46,005 nucleotides of DNA from Actinomycetota bacterium (lineage in GTDB: Bacteria > Actinomycetota > Actinomycetes > S36-B12 > UBA5976): contig JAFMIT010000001.1 in the NCBI GenBank assembly GCA_017853815.1, positions 1 through 46,005 on the forward strand, read 5' to 3'. Position numbers and translations under genes: made by a program. This document shows positions 37,750-44,360 of this stretch, one piece after another (positions within the stretch are counted from its first letter, which is position 1; every line of letters begins with the position of its first letter). Under the pieces are notes generated by a model. That model made no database searches. It was not told the DNA's origin and saw only the letters and a list, made by a program, of their open reading frames with translations.

Positions 37750-39368
37750 AAAGGTTACTTATTTCTCTGCTCGTCGGGCTTGCGCTGCTCGGCCAGCCGA
37801 GCGTGGCCAGCGCCAGTGACTACCCCGATGTTTTCTTAGTCTTTGATACGAGTCAGTCGATGCGAGGGGAGCGGTTGACTGCTGCCAAAGTTGCGACTAC
37901 CGCCTTCATCGAAGGCTTGCCTGCAGAAGTCGAAGTTGGACTCATCAGCTTTGCGACTAATGTCGAGGTGCAAGTGCCGCTGACGGCAGACCACGAACGC
38001 GTCCTGCAATCAATTTCGCGTCTCCGCGCGAACGGGGACACGTCACTGTATGACGGCATCAGTCAGGCGCTGCAGGCATTAAAGCGCAGCAATTCCGCTC
38101 GGCTAGTGGTGCTCAGCGATGGTCAGGACAACGACAGCGGACTGACGTTGTCACAGCTTTTGAGCCGCCTAGAAGCAAACGACACAGTTGTCGATGTCGT
38201 AGCTCTACAACCGGACGCTGCCCAACTTTCGATTTTGCGACGCATCACGGATACGCACGCAGGCGCCGTGGTGACTGCCGCCTCTGCAGGCAAACTCCTC
38301 GAAGCCTTCTCCCAGGTCGTCGTCACGCCGACTGCAACACCCACACAATCTCCCAAGCCGACCCACGGTTCTACTGTGAGCCCCACATCATCAACCTCGG
38401 TTGGTGATCTCAATCAGTCGTTCGCGGGTCGGCTTGGGGTCCTTTTTGGACTAGCCCTTGCCTTGGCACTCATCGTCAGCATCAGTGCCGTCTGGCGTTT
38501 CTTCAGACTACGAAAACTTCGCAAGCGACTCGATCAATACACGGACTTCACCATCGTGCCAGCGGAACTGGCGTCTGAAATCAAGCCAACATCGCTGCTC
38601 GACAATTTTGACTTGCGCCAGAGAATGCCAAAGACAGTTGCTCGGTTAGAGAACTCTGCGCTAGGAATTCCCATCAATATCTGGGTCATGATGATGGCTC
38701 TGGCATGGTTTTCAGTGCTTGCAGTTTTTCGCAACTCGACTGGTTCAACATTTATTGCGTTCATCGTCTCCACTTTGCTCGTAACGCAAGGCGGCAGACT
38801 TTTCCTCCAGTGGCGATTCAATCGTCGACTGCGAGAGTTTGAAGACAACTTGCCAGCGACGCTTGCGGTTTTAGCGAGCAGCTTGCGCGCCGGCCTGTCT
38901 TTTGCTCAAGCACTCGACACCGCAATTGCTGATGGAAAAGGCGAAATCTCTCTCCAATTTCGCCTGGCTCTTCAAGAAGTACAGGTGGGATCGGCTCTTG
39001 AAGATGCCCTCATGCGCACTGCAGAGCGCATGAAAAGCGAGGATTTGAAATGGGCAGTAACGGGACTGACCATTCAGCGCGAAGTGGGCGGAAGCCTGTC
39101 GCGAATCCTCGACACGTCAGCCAAGACCATTCGCGACCGAGCGGAGCTACGCCGTGAAGTACGCACGCTCTCTGCCGAGGGCAGACTGTCCGCGATGGTC
39201 TTGGCTGGCCTGCCTGTGCTCATCTTTCTTTTTCTCATGGTGACGCGACCTCAGTACGTGTCAGTGTTTTGGACTGAACCCATTGGCAACGTCATGCTCG
39301 CCGTGATGTTGTTGCTTTTCGGTGCTGGCTGGATGTGGGTCACGAAACTGGTGAAGGTGCGGGTGTAG
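37746..39368 (+). CDS. tadB: fusion protein: signal peptide + vWA domain + Pro/Thr linker + TadB (T2SS-F family) platform protein
   Basis: '[23 protein letters not shown]' signal. MIDAS 'FDTSQSM', 'GDTSLYDG' and 'LSDGQDN'. Linker 'TPTATPTQSPKPTHGSTVSPTSSTS'. The C-terminal ~290 aa are TadB-like ('LPATLAVLASSLRAGLSFAQAL', 'LSAEGRLSAMVLAGLP'). ATGA overlap with cpaF. Confidence 0.8.
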   Translation: MKRLLISLLVGLALLGQPSVASASDYPDVFLVFDTSQSMRGERLTAAKVATTAFIEGLPAEVEVGLISFATNVEVQVPLTADHERVLQSISRLRANGDTSLYDGISQALQALKRSNSARLVVLSDGQDNDSGLTLSQLLSRLEANDTVVDVVALQPDAAQLSILRRITDTHAGAVVTAASAGKLLEAFSQVVVTPTATPTQSPKPTHGSTVSPTSSTSVGDLNQSFAGRLGVLFGLALALALIVSISAVWRFFRLRKLRKRLDQYTDFTIVPAELASEIKPTSLLDNFDLRQRMPKTVARLENSALGIPINIWVMMMALAWFSVLAVFRNSTGSTFIAFIVSTLLVTQGGRLFLQWRFNRRLREFEDNLPATLAVLASSLRAGLSFAQALDTAIADGKGEISLQFRLALQEVQVGSALEDALMRTAERMKSEDLKWAVTGLTIQREVGGSLSRILDTSAKTIRDRAELRREVRTLSAEGRLSAMVLAGLPVLIFLFLMVTRPQYVSVFWTEPIGNVMLAVMLLLFGAGWMWVTKLVKVRV

Positions 39369-39370
39369 TG

Positions 39371-40279
39371 ATGAGTTCTGTCGGTCCAGCAATCTTGGGT
39401 TTGGTTAGCGGCGCTATTGGCTTCCTGTTCTTCGCTGCGGTTGCATGGCAGGCAAAGTCACATCAGAAGAGTGTGTTGCTTCATCAGTTGGAGCTCTATT
39501 CTCGAGAACGCACTCCGTCACTTCCTATTGCTTCGCAACCATCTCCGTGGGACAACTTTCTCGAGACAGCTGCTGAGATGTTGATCGGCGATTCGCAGCG
39601 GGAGAAGATGCATGAGCGGCTTGCAAAGTCCGGTAAACACAATCTTTCTGACATTCAAAATCTTGCACGCCAAAAGGTTCTATTTGCCTTGGCTGGGCTT
39701 GTTCTCGGGCTATTGATGGTGCTCAGTGGTAGCCCAATGGCTCTACTCGCGCTCGTCGGATTTGTGGCGTCAGGCTTTTACCTACCCGATGTCTTGGTCT
39801 ACAACCAGGCCCTTAAGCGATCAGAAGAAATTGAATTTGCGCTCGCAGACAGCGTTGATCTTCTCACGATGTGCGTCGAGTCAGGTCTTGGTCTCGAGGC
39901 AGCTTTCGCTCGAGTCGCTGAAACTCAAGAGGGTCCAATGGCCGAGGAGTTTGCCGCGTTGCTCGCCGAGCTGCGCATGGGCAAGTCCCGCAACGACGCG
40001 TTCGACGACATGGCCGCCCGATGCACACAACCAGATTTGCTGCGCTTCATTAGCGCCATGAAGCAGGTCGACAAGTTGGGCATTCCGGTCTCGGCAGTCT
40101 TGCAGGAACAGTCGCGTGAAATGCGGGCCACTCGGAGAGAACGGGCGCGTGAACAAGCGCAAAAGGTTCCCGTCAAGATTTTGATGCCCGTGATGCTGTG
40201 CTTCTTGCCGGGCATTTTCCTCATCATTCTTGGACCTGCTGTCCTTTCCATTCTCGGCAGCGCGATGTTTGGATCGTGA
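39371..40279 (+). CDS. tadC: TadC (T2SS-F family) platform protein
   Basis: 'DSVDLLTMCVESGLGLEAAFARVA' and 'RRERAREQAQKVPVKILMPVMLCFLPGIFL'. The ATG lies 2 nt after the tadB stop. Confidence 0.85.
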   Translation: MSSVGPAILGLVSGAIGFLFFAAVAWQAKSHQKSVLLHQLELYSRERTPSLPIASQPSPWDNFLETAAEMLIGDSQREKMHERLAKSGKHNLSDIQNLARQKVLFALAGLVLGLLMVLSGSPMALLALVGFVASGFYLPDVLVYNQALKRSEEIEFALADSVDLLTMCVESGLGLEAAFARVAETQEGPMAEEFAALLAELRMGKSRNDAFDDMAARCTQPDLLRFISAMKQVDKLGIPVSAVLQEQSREMRATRRERAREQAQKVPVKILMPVMLCFLPGIFLIILGPAVLSILGSAMFGS

Positions 40280-40764
40280 TTGTCATGTGGATGTGGGCAG
40301 TAGCTCTGGCAGGTTTGTTTGTGGTCACGGTGCCGCTCGTGCGCACCGACCTCGCGGTGATGCGTCTACCTAATCCGCTGACTTTCGGTCTTTTCGCTTG
40401 GGGACTTTTGTGCGCCGCGACGGCAGCGTTCGTTGCTTCGAGTTTCACACTCTTTGTCACTCCACTTTTGACCGGTGTTGCACTCGCAGCGGCGCTGCTG
40501 ATCTCGGGATATATCGCTCATGGGGGAGTGGGGCTCGGTGACGTGAAGTTGGTGGCGGGGACGAGCGTCGTCCTCGCTATTTACTCCTGGCAGTTGGCTC
40601 TGCTCGCGGTCGCTTTGGCTTTTATCCTCATGGCCGTTCGCGCGGTCTATGCCATCACGCGCGGTCACGCGACTTTCTCATCCCGCTTGCCGTTTGGGCC
40701 CGCCATTTTGGCCGGTGCCTGGCTCGCCGTACTGATCGCCATTGCTTCGGACCTGCGGCTCTAG
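40276..40764 (+). CDS. A24-family prepilin peptidase (TadV/CpaA type, no methyltransferase domain)
   Basis: GTGA overlap with the tadC stop (the ATG at 40285 is an alternative). Polytopic membrane protein. The 'TDLAVMRLPN' and 'GLGDVKLVAG' motifs carry the two catalytic Asp. Confidence 0.8.
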   Translation: MIVMWMWAVALAGLFVVTVPLVRTDLAVMRLPNPLTFGLFAWGLLCAATAAFVASSFTLFVTPLLTGVALAAALLISGYIAHGGVGLGDVKLVAGTSVVLAIYSWQLALLAVALAFILMAVRAVYAITRGHATFSSRLPFGPAILAGAWLAVLIAIASDLRL

Positions 40765-40820
40765 GCGCCTATGAATCCACGCTCTATAGTGTCATTAATA
40801 AGGCACTAGAGGAGAAACAC

Positions 40821-41219
40821 ATGTCAGCGTGGTCCAAGCATCCCGGTATCAGAACTGGTGCAAGTCTCAGCCGAGGAGAACGCGCCGCAGACACCATGCG
40901 AAACGGCATGGGTTCGTGGCCGTTCGTTTTCTCGGCATTGGGTTTTCTGGCGCTATGGATGGCGTACAACCGCGGGACAGGATTTGATCCATTTCCCTTT
41001 ATCCTCCTAAATCTTGTTCTTTCCTGCGTTGCAGCGCTTCAAGGCGCCATTCTTCTCATCGCAGCCAAGCGCGAAGATCAAATCTCGTCAGAGCTGGCGC
41101 AGCACACGTACCAGATTGACCAGGAGAACCTCGAACTCACGCGAGCAGTGCACGAATTGAGCGTAAAAATCGAAAAGCTCACGGCGGAAATGCACTCTCA
41201 AATCACCAGCACCAAGTAG
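40821..41219 (+). CDS. DUF1003-family membrane protein
   Basis: 'GSWPFVFSALGFLALWMAYN', 'FDPFPFILLNLVLSCVAALQGAILLIAAKRED' and a C-terminal coiled coil. RBS GAGGAG. Confidence 0.75.
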   Translation: MSAWSKHPGIRTGASLSRGERAADTMRNGMGSWPFVFSALGFLALWMAYNRGTGFDPFPFILLNLVLSCVAALQGAILLIAAKREDQISSELAQHTYQIDQENLELTRAVHELSVKIEKLTAEMHSQITSTK

Positions 41220-41275
41220 CCCCACTCGCTGCGCGCCTGTCTAGAACTGCGTTCCAGTTCGGCTAGCCTCCGCCC

Positions 41276-42340
41276 GTGAATCTGAAAAAGTATTTTTCCA
41301 TTGTGGTCGTTCTTGTAGCCGCTTTTGTCGGTGCATCGACTCTTTCTTCGTCCGCAGCTGATCCCACGACGACGAACTCGACGTTCGCGCCTCTTGATGG
41401 CAGCTTCGAACCTACTGTCGCGCCGGCAGATGGCGACAATGTCGTGCATGTCGGCCTCTACGGCACCAACGTCTACGAACTGAGTTTCGAGGACAACACC
41501 TTCTACTTCTCAGGCTACGTTTGGATGCGTTGGAAGGGCGACCTGAGCCCTACCTCCACTTTGGAGTTCACCAACGCCGTGGAGACCTGGGGTCTCATGA
41601 TCACACCACTTACCGAAGAGCCTGAGCAACTTCCTAACGGTGACTACGTCCAGACGCTTTCAGTGCAGGGTCGTTTCTACAAGGCTTTCGCGCTCAACGA
41701 TTACCCACTGGACTCGCAGTCGTTGAGCATCATGCTTGAGGACACCACCAACACTGCAGACAAGATCACCTACAAGGTGGATGACGCACAGTCGGGTCTT
41801 GATCCCAACATGCGTGTGCAGGGCTTCCAAGTCAACGGCCTGTCTTCGCAGAACTTCCTGCATAAGTACGGAACTGACTTTGGCTACACAGGCACTTCTA
41901 ACCAGCAGACCTACTCGACCTTGCAATTCGATATTCATATCGACCGCAATGCCAATCTTTTCCTCTGGAAGTTGCTCCTGCCGTTGCTGCTGGTACTCAT
42001 CACCAACTGGCTCACTTTGATGATGAATCCGAAGTTCGTCGAAGTGCGCACTGCAATGCCAGCGACTGCCCTGTTGACCACCGTCTTCTTGCAGCTTTCT
42101 GCCATGGAATCGGTGTCACAAGCATCCGTGCTCGTCTTGATGGATCAGATCTATCTCGTGGCCTACGCCTCGATTGTGATCACGCTTGCCCAAGTCATTT
42201 TGGACAATCGTTCCGTCAAAGAAGCAGACGAAGCGCGTCTCACCGCGATCTCCAAGCGCGACCGCGTGAGCCTTGCAGTTCAGAGCATCGGCACGGCGGC
42301 AATTCTGTTGCTGCTCATCGTTCCAAAACTCATGAGCTAA
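41276..42340 (+). CDS. prokaryotic pentameric ligand-gated ion channel (Cys-loop receptor family) homologue
   Basis: Signal peptide. Beta-rich ectodomain with 'YVWMRWKGD' and the Cys-loop-equivalent 'YPLDSQSLSIMLED'. Four TM segments in the M1-M3 / short loop / M4 layout ('LWKLLLPLLLVLITN', 'RTAMPATALLTTVFLQLS', 'MDQIYLVAYASIVITLAQVIL', 'LAVQSIGTAAILLLLIV'). Confidence 0.72.
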   Translation: MNLKKYFSIVVVLVAAFVGASTLSSSAADPTTTNSTFAPLDGSFEPTVAPADGDNVVHVGLYGTNVYELSFEDNTFYFSGYVWMRWKGDLSPTSTLEFTNAVETWGLMITPLTEEPEQLPNGDYVQTLSVQGRFYKAFALNDYPLDSQSLSIMLEDTTNTADKITYKVDDAQSGLDPNMRVQGFQVNGLSSQNFLHKYGTDFGYTGTSNQQTYSTLQFDIHIDRNANLFLWKLLLPLLLVLITNWLTLMMNPKFVEVRTAMPATALLTTVFLQLSAMESVSQASVLVLMDQIYLVAYASIVITLAQVILDNRSVKEADEARLTAISKRDRVSLAVQSIGTAAILLLLIVPKLMS

Positions 42341-42354
42341 CAACTAAAACCAAA

Positions 42355-42397
42355 AACAAAAGGTCGGATTCGCAATCAGCGGGTCCGACCTTTTGTT
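42355..42397. terminator. bidirectional terminator between convergent genes
   Basis: Stem aggtcgga (42361-42368) / tccgacct (42384-42391), flanked by an A-rich run upstream (aaaaacaaaa) and tttgttt downstream. Confidence 0.75.
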
Positions 42398-42423
42398 TCG
42401 TTGGAAACTATTGGATCAAACCT

Positions 42424-43152
42424 CTAGTCGCGGCCGAGCAAACCGCCGAGCGATGCAATGCCGCTCACAGGTCCGCTGCCTTGTTGGCTGCCGAGCTGTG
42501 GGGTAATCCAGCGAATCAGGCTCTTGGGGCTGCGACTCTGTGTCCACACGCGACCTGGGCCTGTGAAATGCAGAACAAAGCCTTCGGCGCTCTTGACCAT
42601 GCCAGCAATGCCAGCCGTCGCCGTCTCTAGCGTGCACGTGACGTTTGCGTCATACGCCACCATGTGACCGGAATCCACCACCAACTTTTCGCCGGCTTGC
42701 AAGGTGGTCAAATCGAGTGCTCCGTAGCAGCCGACCACCACTTGGCCTGCGCCTGTGGCTGTAATCGCAAATCCACCTTCGCCACCAACCAGATTCTTCA
42801 TGCCACCCCACTGCGTCTCAATCGTGACTGCTGCAGCATTAGCGAGCCATGAGCCGCGCTGAATAATCAGACCCACGCTCGGCACATCAATCGCCACCAC
42901 GTCACCAGGTAAGTTGGGTGCTACATCTACCCAGCCGCCACCGGCACCTGCCGTAAAAGTGGTGATGAAGAACGATTCGCCGCCAAGCGCAGCACGCTTT
43001 AGCGACTTGAGCATCCCGCCCTCAGCCTTGGCATCAATCGTGATGTTCTGATGCATCATCATCGAGCCAGACTCGGCGCGGACTTGCTCACCTGCATCTA
43101 GCGAGAGGCGAGCAACAGCAAACGATGGGTTGTGTCGAATATCAATTTTCAT
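42424..43152 (-). CDS. AIM24 / TIGR00266 (DUF124) family protein
   Basis: 'MKIDIRHNPSFAVARLSLDAGEQVRAESGSMM', 'GGESFFITTFTA', 'GGWVDVAP..PGDVVAIDV' and a Gly-rich C-terminal tail. Confidence 0.8.
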   Translation of the reverse strand: MKIDIRHNPSFAVARLSLDAGEQVRAESGSMMMHQNITIDAKAEGGMLKSLKRAALGGESFFITTFTAGAGGGWVDVAPNLPGDVVAIDVPSVGLIIQRGSWLANAAAVTIETQWGGMKNLVGGEGGFAITATGAGQVVVGCYGALDLTTLQAGEKLVVDSGHMVAYDANVTCTLETATAGIAGMVKSAEGFVLHFTGPGRVWTQSRSPKSLIRWITPQLGSQQGSGPVSGIASLGGLLGRD

Positions 43153-43302
43153 ACGCCGAACCTAGAACGCCTGTCGCCACTGGTCAACGGACTTTCGGGC
43201 ACGCTTTTTCGCAAATGCACGACTGGTATCTGCGACCGCAATACAGGTCTACGCTGGCGGGAGACCAGCCACTCGGGCTCGCCTTTTTTCGAAGGAGCCA
43301 CC

Positions 43303-43425
43303 ATGGCTGAGAAATCTGTTCAAAAGAATTCCGCAAAGACTGCACCCGCTAAGACTCTGAAAGAAAAGCGTGCTGCGAAAAAGATCAAGGCAGTCGGCAA
43401 ATACTCAACCGCACTCGACAAATAG
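43303..43425 (+). CDS. possible 40-aa lysine-rich small protein
   Basis: ATG preceded by GAAGGAG (43291-43297). Sequence MAEKSVQKNSAKTAPAKTLKEKRAAKKIKAVGKYSTALDK. I recognised no family. Confidence 0.35.
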   Translation: MAEKSVQKNSAKTAPAKTLKEKRAAKKIKAVGKYSTALDK

Positions 43426-43465
43426 GACGGCCGGCGGGCGCAATTGATTCAGGTGCGCCGCCCGA

Positions 43466-44209
43466 TTACTGCCGTCTTTTATCTAGGTATATCTCCATCG
43501 ATTTCGGCATTTGCCCCCACGAGTCAATGATTTGCTCGCGAACGCGACCATCGATGCTGAGAGCTGTGCGATGCCGGGTCGGGCCATCGTCCGTCTCTTC
43601 ATCAACTATTTTGCTAAAAACGCCGTCCCAATTGCGGACGAAAAACAATCTGCCAGTGCGGAGATTGCGAAGTTCGTAGCCGAGCGGGCCAAACTTGCGA
43701 GGTCCTAGCTTCAACTTCGATCTTTCGAGCGGGGTTCCCCGTCTCTGACGTTGGCCAACGTAGCACCTGAGCCGGTAGATCCAGTATGCCAACCCGATGA
43801 TTGATACGGCGAGAATGCCTGTGATCAACGTCCATCGTGATCGTCGTCCCGTCCCGTAGACACCATTTCTGTCGCCTGTGTCTATCGCGGTGATGATCGC
43901 GCCAATCTCAATCGACGCTGGCTCATCAAATACGGCGACGTCCTGACGAGTCGATTGTCCGTCGGCTGATTGAAAGTCACCAAACCACATCTGCGAGGTG
44001 TGTCCTCTTGTGTGGTTAGTCTCCAAACGCGTGACAGTAAAGGTGCCACTCGTTCCATCTCCGACGAGTGCTCGATAGGCCGGGCCAATGTCTTGAATGC
44101 AAAAAATCACTGCCAAAACGGCACCCGCAGGAAGAAGTATCCACTGAACAATCAACCACGAGATTACCGTCAGACTTGATTCGAGCTGTTTTAGCCGACG
44201 CGTGAACAT
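43466..44209 (-). CDS. hypothetical membrane protein (2 TM segments flanking a small extracytoplasmic domain, basic C-terminal domain)
   Basis: ATG 44209 follows GGAAAGGG; the ORF-track GTG 44224 is an alternative. TM segments 'VISWLIVQWILLPAGAVLAVIF' and 'LITGILAVSIIGLAYWIY'. Confidence 0.5.
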   Translation of the reverse strand: MFTRRLKQLESSLTVISWLIVQWILLPAGAVLAVIFCIQDIGPAYRALVGDGTSGTFTVTRLETNHTRGHTSQMWFGDFQSADGQSTRQDVAVFDEPASIEIGAIITAIDTGDRNGVYGTGRRSRWTLITGILAVSIIGLAYWIYRLRCYVGQRQRRGTPLERSKLKLGPRKFGPLGYELRNLRTGRLFFVRNWDGVFSKIVDEETDDGPTRHRTALSIDGRVREQIIDSWGQMPKSMEIYLDKRRQ

Positions 44210-44285
44210 TCGCCCTTTCCCCACGGCTCAAGTATGTCACTCGCAAGTTTGGCTATCACTAAGTCCTCTAAACTCTGCTGCGCAC

Positions 44286-44360
44286 GGGGCGGTAGCTCAG
44301 TTGGTCAGAGCAGCGGACTCATAATCCGTCAGGTCGTGGGTTCGAGCCCCACCCGCCCCA
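44286..44360 (+). tRNA. tRNA with anticodon CAT (elongator Met or Ile2/lysidine type); CCA not encoded
   Basis: Cloverleaf read by eye: acceptor GGGGCGG/CCGCCCC; D-arm GCTC-AGTTGGTCA-GAGC; anticodon arm GCGGA-CTCATAA-TCCGT; T-arm GTGGG-TTCGAGC-CCCAC; discriminator A. Confidence 0.85.

Noticed and set aside
40763-40772. The TAGGCGCCTA perfect palindrome at the end of the prepilin peptidase gene, and the GAACTG-cgttc-CAGTTC repeat at about 41243-41259 before the pLGIC gene, as terminators.
   Set aside because: The stems are short and have no U-tracts. The first overlaps the stop codon. They may be operators or coincidental, and the evidence is insufficient.
43132-43302. A 57-aa N-terminal extension of the small Lys-rich ORF (track ORF 43132-43425).
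   Set aside because: It would overlap the start of the divergent AIM24 gene and run through a terminator-like hairpin and T6 run. The SD is positioned for the ATG at 43303.
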